64,000 bases of DNA, from positions 64,001 through 128,000 of the forward strand of contig JAZDJU010000031.1 in the NCBI GenBank assembly GCA_043803685.1, in the 5' to 3' direction. The position numbers and the translations under genes are program-made. A model generated the notes under the pieces. The model saw nothing but the letters and a program-made list of their open reading frames with translations. It was not told where the DNA came from and searched no databases. Below are positions 32,298-41,639 of the stretch, piece after piece. This stretch comes from Candidatus Omnitrophota bacterium. Lineage in GTDB: Bacteria; Omnitrophota; Omnitrophia; Omnitrophales; Aquincolibacteriaceae. How positions within the stretch are numbered: the first letter of the stretch is position 1; each line of letters begins with the position of its first letter.

Positions 32298-33176
32298 TTA
32301 TCCTCTCGCCAGAACGCCCGTCATGCAAGCCAGCCCGCCTCCGGCATTCACGTACTGGGTGGTCGGCACTTCCGCCGCGACCTTGATGCCAAGTCGTTCG
32401 TAGGTCTTTTTTGTCCGTTCGCAACCTGCCGTCATCAGAATGACCTCGGGTTTCAGAACGACGAAATTCATGGCATGCTTGTTCCTTATTCCGGCATCGG
32501 CCGGAATCAAGGTCGTCTTTATCCCGCGATCCTTCAACAACTTGAGCGTTCCGGAACCCAAGGAACCTTTTTTCACGAAAGCCCTGCCTTTCGCCACGAA
32601 TTGGAGAGCGCCCAGAAGATGCAGCCCCCTGCACGGCGCCGGAACGGGAACGCATTCGACGTGATCTCGCTTTAACTCCTTCGCGACCTGGCAGAATCCT
32701 TCCTCATTCGTCCTTTTCCCAACGCCGACCAGGACGAGCCCCGGATGCACCCATAAAGCATCGGCGCCTTCAAAGGTCGCGGGACTCCGGAGGGTTTTCC
32801 GGATACGGATCCCCGCTGCGGCGATAGCTTGCTGGACATAACGGACCTCGCCGCGCCTCACTTGGGAGAACATGCTCGCCATGATGGCTCCACGCGGCGT
32901 CATAAAAAAAGCATCCCGGGTGAACATGAGATTGAAAAGATGACGGTTGTCGGAATTTTCCGCTTGAGCCGGATCCATGACGAACACTTTTATTTTCAAT
33001 TTCTTGTACATGGCAACGATGCTTTCGAATTCCGTTCTCATGACCAAATAACGGATCTTTTTCAAATAAAGGACTTTTCGGGGATCATGGGCATGCTCGA
33101 TCCAGGGATGCGGCGGGCATAACAATACCGCACGCAACGGCTTCCACTCAGCATCCACGGCGTAGTGCGTCATCAC
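32298..33176 (-). CDS. Amidinotransferase / arginine deiminase superfamily protein
   Basis: FTRD, R.GE, FEGAD, RTN.EG, GGGLACMT catalytic Cys. Confidence 0.85.
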   Translation of the reverse strand: MMTHYAVDAEWKPLRAVLLCPPHPWIEHAHDPRKVLYLKKIRYLVMRTEFESIVAMYKKLKIKVFVMDPAQAENSDNRHLFNLMFTRDAFFMTPRGAIMASMFSQVRRGEVRYVQQAIAAAGIRIRKTLRSPATFEGADALWVHPGLVLVGVGKRTNEEGFCQVAKELKRDHVECVPVPAPCRGLHLLGALQFVAKGRAFVKKGSLGSGTLKLLKDRGIKTTLIPADAGIRNKHAMNFVVLKPEVILMTAGCERTKKTYERLGIKVAAEVPTTQYVNAGGGLACMTGVLARG

Positions 33177-34582
33177 AACCAGTTTTCCATATCCTGGGGA
33201 TCATACCCAAGTTGGGCGCTCATCTCGTTCATGGGAGGAGTTTTCACAACAGATGTCAAGGCTTTACCCCGTTTTTTCCATCTAAAAAAACTGGGCGCTT
33301 CCGTCGCGTGCACCACACGCAGCAGATCCAGCTTCAACCCCTTCAGAAACTCCCGCTCCACACCCAGGAAATCCACGATCTTCTCCATCTCGCCCATACG
33401 AGTTCTCAGATCCTCAAGAATGTTCTCGCACTTCACCACGCAATAGGCTTTTTTCTTCGTATTCAAATAGGCTCTGATGGCTGTATGAGCAGAATGCCAT
33501 TGAAAGGCGCAGACCTCCTCCAGGGGGCGTTGCGAATAGTCCTGCCAGCCAGGAGGCAGTTCGAAATTCCACCACCACTTCCCCCACTCATACTTATCGG
33601 AATATCCCTGAATCCCGAGCTTTTCAAAGGCGTGCCCGTTCTTATTTTGGTCCAGGAAGATCTTCAAATTATGGGAAAAGAAACCTCGATGCATCCACCC
33701 ATCGCACAGACCGTTGACCGAAGCGGCCGGATTTCTCGTGAGATGGATGATCTTGATCGCGGCCTGGGGCATAAGCGACTCGATCAACGGCAGCCGGTAA
33801 CAATCCAGCGAAGTCTTTAAAAGCAACGTTTTGTCCGACAGATCGGCCCTACATGCCTTCCTCCTCGGCGATAGTAATATGAAAGGAGGCTCTTCAACCG
33901 CCAGGCAGGCATCCGGCGGCCCGGACGGGACCGGAAGACCCGGAAACTTCCCTGCGATCCTTTCCGCGGGGATATCGTAATAATATGGATCGATCTCGCT
34001 ATAGTCGCGCTTGAGGAGCCAAAGAAGTTCAAGATAAAAGGTCTCTTTGCAAAATTCCGGGTGAGACTTTCTCACGGTATCGAAGGCCTGTCGGATCCGA
34101 TCGCTGAGGATATCCAGAGAAAAACGGATCCCGGGCCATTGCAAAGGAAAACGCAATGTCAGATCATCCCAATACACCTCTGCGATTTTTTGATCCGTAA
34201 AGATATCCCCATGTAGCTCCGTGAAAGCAAAATCACTCAAGAGATCGCGGGATAACCCCGGAAGATAGGGGTCCGCCCCCATAAGCCCTTCCGGGACTTC
34301 GTCGGAACCGAACGTGTCATCCAACAATCTGTTCAGCTTGTAGAAGGGAACGTTCTCTCCGCTCAAGGAATAAAAAGACGGGATGTCTTTGAGGATCGAA
34401 AACAACAGGCTGGAGCCCGACCGGGAGGAGGAAGCAATGATGACAACGTTCTTCACATCCCGGAGCGAAGCGGTGAAACCGATCCTTCCGGGATCCTTGC
34501 GCTGGATTCCCTCCAGGACTGTCTCCCGGAAACGGATGATGTCTTGGATGCGCTCCCTGGCTTCGTTGACCCATGTCTTCAT
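33173..34582 (-). CDS. Sulfotransferase-like protein
   Basis: SRSGSSLL 5'-PSB-like motif, HLTRNP 3'-PB-like motif. Confidence 0.75.
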   Translation of the reverse strand: MKTWVNEARERIQDIIRFRETVLEGIQRKDPGRIGFTASLRDVKNVVIIASSSRSGSSLLFSILKDIPSFYSLSGENVPFYKLNRLLDDTFGSDEVPEGLMGADPYLPGLSRDLLSDFAFTELHGDIFTDQKIAEVYWDDLTLRFPLQWPGIRFSLDILSDRIRQAFDTVRKSHPEFCKETFYLELLWLLKRDYSEIDPYYYDIPAERIAGKFPGLPVPSGPPDACLAVEEPPFILLSPRRKACRADLSDKTLLLKTSLDCYRLPLIESLMPQAAIKIIHLTRNPAASVNGLCDGWMHRGFFSHNLKIFLDQNKNGHAFEKLGIQGYSDKYEWGKWWWNFELPPGWQDYSQRPLEEVCAFQWHSAHTAIRAYLNTKKKAYCVVKCENILEDLRTRMGEMEKIVDFLGVEREFLKGLKLDLLRVVHATEAPSFFRWKKRGKALTSVVKTPPMNEMSAQLGYDPQDMENWL

Positions 34583-35595
34583 TTTAAAGCCCGTAGTTTG
34601 AGGGACTTCAGGAATACAAATTTTCTGAACCTTAGAAAATTATTTCTATCGGTAAAAAGATGCCGGACCTGCACGATCAGCATTAAAAACATCTCCTCGA
34701 TCAAATACACCCCCTTGAACCGCGTCTTCTTCGCACGCGCCTCTTCTGAAGAGCAAGGAGGGGTTGTCAGCGCATAAGAGAAACGGCTCAACTCCAGGCC
34801 CGCGATCGCCTCGAACAGTTCTATTTCGTCTTTTCTCAGTTCTTTTTTATATTTTTCGAAGTTATCTTTCAGGATCGGGCTGGACGTATTTTGCCACGCC
34901 GCGCTCAGACGGCCGCTTTTCCGGGCTTCTTCGGTATCAAAAAACCGGAGCATCCCTTCCTCAAAGGGCTCGCCCAGGAACGAACATATCGCCGCCACCG
35001 TTTCACGGGACTGGCGCAAAAGGTCCTCATACCGGACGAGAAGCATTGCGTCCTTTCGAAGCGTGTTGAGCCACCGAATGCCGAGCTGCTGCTCCTTCGC
35101 CCACAGCTGCGCCGTAAAATAAACGCTGTAGTGGCTGAAGATGCTTTTTTTCGCGGACGCTGCGACATCCCGGCCGTCACGCACCATATAAATAAATTTG
35201 GCTGAAGGATAATTACGCCGGATCAACTCGATGTGATGGATCATGAAGGTGCTCTTACAGGCCCATCGCTCCTTCCCAGCATGTTCAAGATACTGATCAT
35301 AGACAGCAAAATAAATGTGGATTAGATCTCTTTCGCGAGCATTAAGGAATATCTTCTCCTCATCAATCTCAAAGCCCCAGGGATAGGGATGAAGCCGGAC
35401 GCTCGTCGCCACATCCTTGATAAGCCGCTTGAAGTTAACATCCTTGGACAGATCGGAATAAAGCGGTTCCAACCTTGAGAAATTCTTCATGATATGCGGC
35501 GGATGAGGGACTGCGATGTGGGGATGTGAATTGAGGATGAGTCTGAGAAGATTCGTACCGGAGCGTTCTGTGCCTACAATGAAGATGGGATCCAT
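34579..35595 (-). CDS. PAPS-dependent sulfotransferase
   Basis: IVGTERSGT, VRDGRDVAAS, RYEDL. Confidence 0.9.
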   Translation of the reverse strand: MDPIFIVGTERSGTNLLRLILNSHPHIAVPHPPHIMKNFSRLEPLYSDLSKDVNFKRLIKDVATSVRLHPYPWGFEIDEEKIFLNARERDLIHIYFAVYDQYLEHAGKERWACKSTFMIHHIELIRRNYPSAKFIYMVRDGRDVAASAKKSIFSHYSVYFTAQLWAKEQQLGIRWLNTLRKDAMLLVRYEDLLRQSRETVAAICSFLGEPFEEGMLRFFDTEEARKSGRLSAAWQNTSSPILKDNFEKYKKELRKDEIELFEAIAGLELSRFSYALTTPPCSSEEARAKKTRFKGVYLIEEMFLMLIVQVRHLFTDRNNFLRFRKFVFLKSLKLRALK

Positions 35596-35843
35596 TTTTC
35601 AAGAACGCCGGTGCGGCAAAACAACCTTCTCCAGTTAATGGTACCTCTGTTCAAGAAAAACGGTCACGTGCCGGAATCACTCCCTTTGAACCTCTTTCTC
35701 TCAAACGGCGGATCGTCAGACCTTTAGGAACGTAGTGCAAGTACGGTGTGATTATACCTCTGTCGGCATGAGCAAACCAGCCAAGTTTCTGAATAATCCA
35801 GAAATTTCGCACATCCCGTCCGACAAAACACGCCCATCGTCTA

Positions 35844-37853
35844 TCAGCGTTTTTTGCGGGAAGGACGCGATGTTTTCTTGGGAGCTGTTGTGCCCGCTCC
35901 TTCGATCCGGCGGATCTCGTCACGGTAGCGGGCGGCCTTGTCGAACTCAAGAGCCCGGGCACAGGCTTCCATCCGGGTCTTGAGAAAAGCGAGGTAGTTC
36001 TTGGCCTCATATTCCTTGCCGGATTCGTGGACCACATCGTGGACGAATTCTTCGGCTTTTTTCCATTGTTCGATCCCGTCCTTGATCTCCTTCTTGATCG
36101 ACACCGGCGTGATCTTGTGCTCCACGTTGTAATCCGCCTGAACCTTGCGACGGCGCGCGGTCTCTTCGATCGCGCGTTTCATGGAATCCGTGACCTTGTC
36201 CCCGTACATAATCACCTTGCCGTTGATGTGGCGCGCGGCACGACCCGCGATCTGAATGAGTGAAACGTCACTCCGGAGAAAGCCTTCCTTATCCGCGTCC
36301 AGCACGACCACGAGCGACACTTCCGGCAGGTCCAGCCCCTCGCGCAGAAGGTTCACGCCGATCACGCAATCGTATTTCTTGAGACGGAAATCGCGGAGGA
36401 TCTCGACCCTCTCGAACGCGTCGAACTCGGAGTGGATATAATTCACCTTGATCCCGAGCTCCTTTAAGTACCGGCTCAGGTCCTCCGCCATTTTCTTGGT
36501 GAGCGTCGTCACGATCGTCCGCTCCGATTTCGCCGCCCTCGCTCTCACCTCAGCGATCAGGTCGTCGATCTGTCCCTCGGATTTTCGCACCTCGATCTCG
36601 GGATCCATGAGTCCCGTCGGACGGATCACTTGCTCCGCGACTTCTTTCACGCGTCCCAGCTCGTAAGGCCCCGGCGTCGCGGAAACGTAAAGACACTTGC
36701 TCAATTTGGCCTCAAATTCCGGCCACTTGAGCGGCCGGTTGTCCATCGCCGAGGGCAGGCGAAACCCGTGGTCGACCAGGACTTTCTTGCGCGAGGCGTC
36801 CCCGTTGAACATCCCGCGGACCTGCGGCACGCTCTGATGCGATTCGTCGATAATGACGAGAAAATCCTTCGGAAAATAATCCATAAGCGTGTAAGGCGTA
36901 GAACCCGCGGTACGGCCGGAAAGATGTCTCGAATAATTTTCGACGCCGGAGCAATAGCCGACTTCCTTGAGCATCTCCAGATCATATTGCGTGCGCGACT
37001 CGAGACGTTTGGCCTCCAGGTCCCGGCCTTCGGCGGTGAGTCTCTTGACGTGTTCTTTCATTTCCGCTTCGATCGACACGATCGCAGCCTCGAGTCGTTC
37101 CCCCGGCGTCACGAAATGCTTGGCGGGATAGATCGCGAGCTTTTCGATCTCCCGGATCGCCGTCAACTTGATAGGTTCCAGGAGCGCGATCCGTTCGATC
37201 ACTTCTGTGCCAAAGTCGATCCGGTACGGGTTCTGTCCGTACGACGGAAACAGGTCGATCCTGCCGCCGCGCACGCGGAACGTCCCGCGACGGAGCTCCG
37301 TATCCACCCTTTCGTATTGAAGACTGATCAGACTCGACAGGAATTTGTCGCGGTCCGCGGCCTCCCCCTTCACGATCGTGACGAGAAGTCCCTCCCAGTC
37401 CTCCGGCGCGCCGAGGCCGTAGATACACGAGACGCTTGAGACGATGATGCAGTCCTTGCGCGAAAGAATGGAACTGGTCGCGGAAAGGCGCAGGCGGTCG
37501 AGGTCTTCATTGATCGACGCGTCCTTCTCGATATAGGTGTCCGTGTGCGGGATGTACGCCTCCGGCTGGTAATAATCATAATAGGAAACAAAATACTCAA
37601 CGGCGTTCCCGGGAAAGAATTCCTTGAGCTCGGAGTAAAGCTGCGCGGCGAGGGTCTTGTTGTGAGAAATGAGGAGCGTGGGAAGTCCGAGCCGGGCGAT
37701 CACGTGCGCCATGGTGAACGTCTTGCCGGAACCGATGACGCCTTTGAGGACCTGCTCCCGGGCTCCCGCCTCGAAGCCCTGAACAAGTTTTTCGATCGCC
37801 TGCGGCTGATCTCCCTTAGGACTCATCGATGAAACCAGCCTAAAATCTGACAT
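35844..37853 (-). CDS. uvrB: Excinuclease ABC subunit B
   Basis: GDQP.AI, GSGKT, YYDYYQPEAY, DESH, NLLREGLD, GRAAR. Confidence 0.98.
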   Translation of the reverse strand: MSDFRLVSSMSPKGDQPQAIEKLVQGFEAGAREQVLKGVIGSGKTFTMAHVIARLGLPTLLISHNKTLAAQLYSELKEFFPGNAVEYFVSYYDYYQPEAYIPHTDTYIEKDASINEDLDRLRLSATSSILSRKDCIIVSSVSCIYGLGAPEDWEGLLVTIVKGEAADRDKFLSSLISLQYERVDTELRRGTFRVRGGRIDLFPSYGQNPYRIDFGTEVIERIALLEPIKLTAIREIEKLAIYPAKHFVTPGERLEAAIVSIEAEMKEHVKRLTAEGRDLEAKRLESRTQYDLEMLKEVGYCSGVENYSRHLSGRTAGSTPYTLMDYFPKDFLVIIDESHQSVPQVRGMFNGDASRKKVLVDHGFRLPSAMDNRPLKWPEFEAKLSKCLYVSATPGPYELGRVKEVAEQVIRPTGLMDPEIEVRKSEGQIDDLIAEVRARAAKSERTIVTTLTKKMAEDLSRYLKELGIKVNYIHSEFDAFERVEILRDFRLKKYDCVIGVNLLREGLDLPEVSLVVVLDADKEGFLRSDVSLIQIAGRAARHINGKVIMYGDKVTDSMKRAIEETARRRKVQADYNVEHKITPVSIKKEIKDGIEQWKKAEEFVHDVVHESGKEYEAKNYLAFLKTRMEACARALEFDKAARYRDEIRRIEGAGTTAPKKTSRPSRKKR

Positions 37854-37893
37854 GTCGGGACCTTTCCGCCAGCGACGTGCGTGTCCGGAACGC

Positions 37894-38727
37894 TTAATCG
37901 ATCAGGAGCGAGAAATCGACGGCCTTCACGGAATGGGTAAGCGAACCCACGGAGATGGTATCGACCCCGGCTGCGGCAAACCTGCGAACGTTCTCGATCG
38001 TAATACCGCCGGAGGCTTCCAGAAGAACGCCCGGGGCTTCCTTGCGCACGATCTCGACCGCGCGCTTGGCGGCTTTCGGCGAAAAATTATCAAGGAGAAT
38101 GACCCTGGGGCGAAGACCGATCGCCTCCCAGAGTTCGCCATGGCTCCGGACCTCGATCTCGAATTTGCCCGGATGCTGACGGAGTTTTTTCAGATCGCCG
38201 TGAATGCGGTGGTTCTCTTTGATGAAAATGAATTCGTCGAGACCCTGTCGGTGGTTCCGCCCCCCCCCCACCTGCACCGCCACCTTTTCCAACTCGCGCC
38301 AAAGGGGTGTTGTTTTTCGGGTGTCGAGAATAAGCGCGGGATAATTTTTGACGCGCTTCACGAACTGACGCGTCTTGGTCGCGATCCCCGAAAGATGACC
38401 AATGAAATTCACGAGCGTTCGCTCGGCCTTGAGGATCGAACGGATGTTCCCGTGCATCTTGAAAACGACCTTGCCGGGACGGAGCTTACCGCCGTTATGC
38501 ACGCGGAATTCCAGTTTCACCTTCGGGTCCACGAGATTGAAGATCTCCCGAACGAGCCGTTCGCCGCAGAAAATGCCGCGGGCCTTGGCGATCACGCGGG
38601 CGTCACCGCGAGCGTGAGACGGGATCAAAAGGTCGGAGGTCACGTCCCCGCGACCGATGTCCTCGTGAAGCGCTTCTTTGAGAAAACCGAGCGTGCGACG
38701 AGACACCGGCAACGGGTGTCCGGGCAA
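37894..38727 (-). CDS. nadC: Nicotinate-nucleotide pyrophosphorylase (start uncertain)
   Basis: EDIG.GDVTS, AER, SGIAT, DTRKT.P, IKENH, LLDN, EASGGI. Confidence 0.95.
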   Translation of the reverse strand: MPGHPLPVSRRTLGFLKEALHEDIGRGDVTSDLLIPSHARGDARVIAKARGIFCGERLVREIFNLVDPKVKLEFRVHNGGKLRPGKVVFKMHGNIRSILKAERTLVNFIGHLSGIATKTRQFVKRVKNYPALILDTRKTTPLWRELEKVAVQVGGGRNHRQGLDEFIFIKENHRIHGDLKKLRQHPGKFEIEVRSHGELWEAIGLRPRVILLDNFSPKAAKRAVEIVRKEAPGVLLEASGGITIENVRRFAAAGVDTISVGSLTHSVKAVDFSLLID

Positions 38728-38734
38728 ACCGCCT

Positions 38735-41581
38735 TCAGAAACTGGTGAGCTGGGTCCTGTAGGATAGGAGAAGCTTTTTGGCATCGGCGAGTTTTTCTTT
38801 CTCTTTTTCAAGGATCTCTTTCGGCGCTTTTTCCGCGAAAGAAGGGTTCTCAACTTTTTTACGGATATTCTCGATCCACTGTTCGGTCTCCTGGATCTTT
38901 TTCTGGAGGCGTTTCTTTTCCTCTTCCGGGTCCAGGATCCCCTCGAGCGAGATAAAAACATCGAAGGCCGCGAAGGAATTGGCCGCCATCGCACCTTTCT
39001 TGGTGAACTCACGGACACACTGGAGCTCCGCGAGCCGGCCGAGCACTTTCACTTCACGTTCGAACGCGCGAAGCGTCTCGAGCGTCCCCTGTTCCTTGCA
39101 CACGATCACGGCGTTCAATTTATCAGTGGGCGCGATCTGGAAGCGGACCCGGAGGTCACGGATCCCAGTCACGGCGTCCTGCAAAAATCCGACGGCCTTC
39201 TGCGCTTCTTCGTCGTAGAATTTCCTTGTTCCCTCGATCGGCCAACCGGCAAACATAACAGTTTCATGCCAGGTCTTGCCGTCCGAGGCCTTGGACTTGA
39301 ACGTCTGCCAGATCTCCTCGGTAATGAACGGCATGAAAGGATGCAAAAGCCGCAGGGTCCTCTCCGTCACAAAGAAAAGGACTTGCTGAGTCTGAAGCTT
39401 GAGCTGCGCTTGCCCGCCAGAGCTGTGTGGTGGGGCATCCGAAGACTGGATCATGGGTTTCGCAAGCTCGATATACCAATCGCAAAGATCGTCCCATACA
39501 AAATGGTAGAGTTCGGTCGCCGCCTGCGCGAGGCCGAACTGGGCAAGATATTTCTCGATCACCGCGGCTTTTTCTTCGAAACGCGAAAGGATCCAGCGGC
39601 TTGGAAGCGATAGCGAACTCTTCTCGAACTGCGCGGGATCGGTGGAGGCGCCTTCAAATCCTTCAAGCTGCATCAGCACGAATCGGCAGGCGTTCCAGAC
39701 CTTGTTCGCGAAGTTCCGGCCCACCTCAAACTTTTCGCGCGAGAGGTACACGTCCTGCGCCGAAAGCATCACGAGACTGTAGCGAAGGGCGTCAGCCCCC
39801 ATCTCCTCGATCACCTCGAGCGGGTCGATGGAATTCCCAAGCGATTTCGACATCTTGAGGCCGCTCGCCGCGCGGACCGTGCCGTGAATATTGATCTGGG
39901 TGAACGGGACCTCCCCCATGAACTCGAGCCCCGCCATGATCATGCGCGCCACCCAGAAGAAAATGATCTCGGGGGCGGTCACAAGATCCGAGGTCGGATA
40001 GAATTTCTTCAGATCCTCGGTCTTGGCGGGCCAACCCAGCGTCGAGAACGGCCAGAGCCAGCTCGAGAACCAGGTATCGAGCACATCCTCGTCACGCTTG
40101 ATGTCCTTAGAACCACAGTGCGGACATTGCGTGATATCTTCTCGAGAAACGATGACTCCGTTAGACTTCAGACTGCAGACTTCAGACTGCAGGCTTTTTT
40201 CTGTGGTCTGGGGTCTAGAGTCTGTGGTCTTTCTAGTTTGGAGCTGTTCGCATTTTGAACAGTACCAAACTGGAATTTGATGCCCCCACCAGATCTGGCG
40301 GGAGATGCACCAATCGCGGATGCCACCGAGCCAGTTCAGATAGACCTTGGTCCAGCGGTCCGGAAAGAAAACCGTTTTCCCCTCGGCGTGCGCCTTGAGG
40401 GCCTTCTCGGCCAGGGGCTGCATCTTCACGAACCATTGCTTCGAAAGATACGGCTCCACCACAGTGTCGCAACGGTAGCAGTGCCCGACCGCGTGAAGGT
40501 GTGAATCGCGCCGGACAAAAAGCCCTTGTTCTTCCAGGTCCTGCAAAACTTTCTTGCGGGCCTCGAAACGGTCCATGCCTTTGTAAGGGCCGCCGTGTTC
40601 GTTGATCTTGGCGTCCGGCGTCATCACGTTGATCTGCTCGAGTTTGTGACGGTGCCCCATCGCAAAGTCATTGGGATCATGCGCGGGCGTCACTTTCACG
40701 ATCCCGGTCCCGAACTCGGGATCGACGAATTCATCGGCGATCACCACGATCTCGCGATTCACCAAAGGAAGCAGGACTTTTTTCCCGATCAGATGCTGAT
40801 AGCGCGGATCCTTCGGATGCACCGCGACCGCCGTATCGCCCAGCATCGTCTCGGGCCGCGTCGTTGCGACCACGATGTGGTCCTCACCCATTTTTTCGTA
40901 AGGACCGCTCTTCCCCACAACAGGATATTTGATGTGATAGAGCCCGCCCTGCACGTCCTTGTGAGCGGCTTCCTCATCCGAAAGCGCGGTCTGGCAACGC
41001 GGGCACCAGTTGATGATATAATTCCCACGATAAATAAGCCCGCGTTCATAAAGCGTGACGAACGCTTCACGCACGGCCTTGGAAAGTCCTTCGTCCATTG
41101 TAAAACGTTCGCGCGTCCAGTCGCAGGAAGCGCCAAGACGGCGGAGCTGACGCGTAATGGTCGAGCCGTGCTCGTGTTTCCATTTCCAAACCTCTTGGAG
41201 GAAGGCTTCACGCCCGAGGTCCCAGCGGGTCTTCTTTTCCTTGGCGAGTTTCTTTTCCACCACGTTCTGCGTCGCGATCCCCGCGTGATCGACCCCGGGA
41301 ATCCAAAGCGCGTCCCGGCCCTTCATGCGGTTCCAGCGAACGAGAATATCCTGAATAGCGTTGTTGAGCGCGTGCCCCATGTGCAGGATCCCCGTCACGT
41401 TCGGAGGAGGGATGACGATGACGTAAGGATGGGGAACGGGGAACGAGGAACGGGGAACTCTCTTAGGGTCTGTTGTCTGAGTGACGAAGTCACTCGCGGG
41501 ACGGAAATACCCCTTGAATTCCCAAAGGGTGTACCACTTCGTCTCTACCTGCTTGGAGTTGTATTGTTTTTCTAATTCCAT
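38735..41581 (-). CDS. valS: Valyl-tRNA synthetase
   Basis: PPPNVTG, HMGH, DWCISRQ, KMSKS. Confidence 0.98.
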   Translation of the reverse strand: MELEKQYNSKQVETKWYTLWEFKGYFRPASDFVTQTTDPKRVPRSSFPVPHPYVIVIPPPNVTGILHMGHALNNAIQDILVRWNRMKGRDALWIPGVDHAGIATQNVVEKKLAKEKKTRWDLGREAFLQEVWKWKHEHGSTITRQLRRLGASCDWTRERFTMDEGLSKAVREAFVTLYERGLIYRGNYIINWCPRCQTALSDEEAAHKDVQGGLYHIKYPVVGKSGPYEKMGEDHIVVATTRPETMLGDTAVAVHPKDPRYQHLIGKKVLLPLVNREIVVIADEFVDPEFGTGIVKVTPAHDPNDFAMGHRHKLEQINVMTPDAKINEHGGPYKGMDRFEARKKVLQDLEEQGLFVRRDSHLHAVGHCYRCDTVVEPYLSKQWFVKMQPLAEKALKAHAEGKTVFFPDRWTKVYLNWLGGIRDWCISRQIWWGHQIPVWYCSKCEQLQTRKTTDSRPQTTEKSLQSEVCSLKSNGVIVSREDITQCPHCGSKDIKRDEDVLDTWFSSWLWPFSTLGWPAKTEDLKKFYPTSDLVTAPEIIFFWVARMIMAGLEFMGEVPFTQINIHGTVRAASGLKMSKSLGNSIDPLEVIEEMGADALRYSLVMLSAQDVYLSREKFEVGRNFANKVWNACRFVLMQLEGFEGASTDPAQFEKSSLSLPSRWILSRFEEKAAVIEKYLAQFGLAQAATELYHFVWDDLCDWYIELAKPMIQSSDAPPHSSGGQAQLKLQTQQVLFFVTERTLRLLHPFMPFITEEIWQTFKSKASDGKTWHETVMFAGWPIEGTRKFYDEEAQKAVGFLQDAVTGIRDLRVRFQIAPTDKLNAVIVCKEQGTLETLRAFEREVKVLGRLAELQCVREFTKKGAMAANSFAAFDVFISLEGILDPEEEKKRLQKKIQETEQWIENIRKKVENPSFAEKAPKEILEKEKEKLADAKKLLLSYRTQLTSF

Positions 41582-41639
41582 ATTTTTCGGGAAACGGGTA
41601 ATGGGTAACGGTGAACGACAGACTTTTCGTTCCCCGGTT

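Noticed and set aside
38728..39018. Extended nadC N-terminus in the ORF track
   Set aside because: Overlaps the valS 3' end; NadC-like sequence begins only after the valS stop
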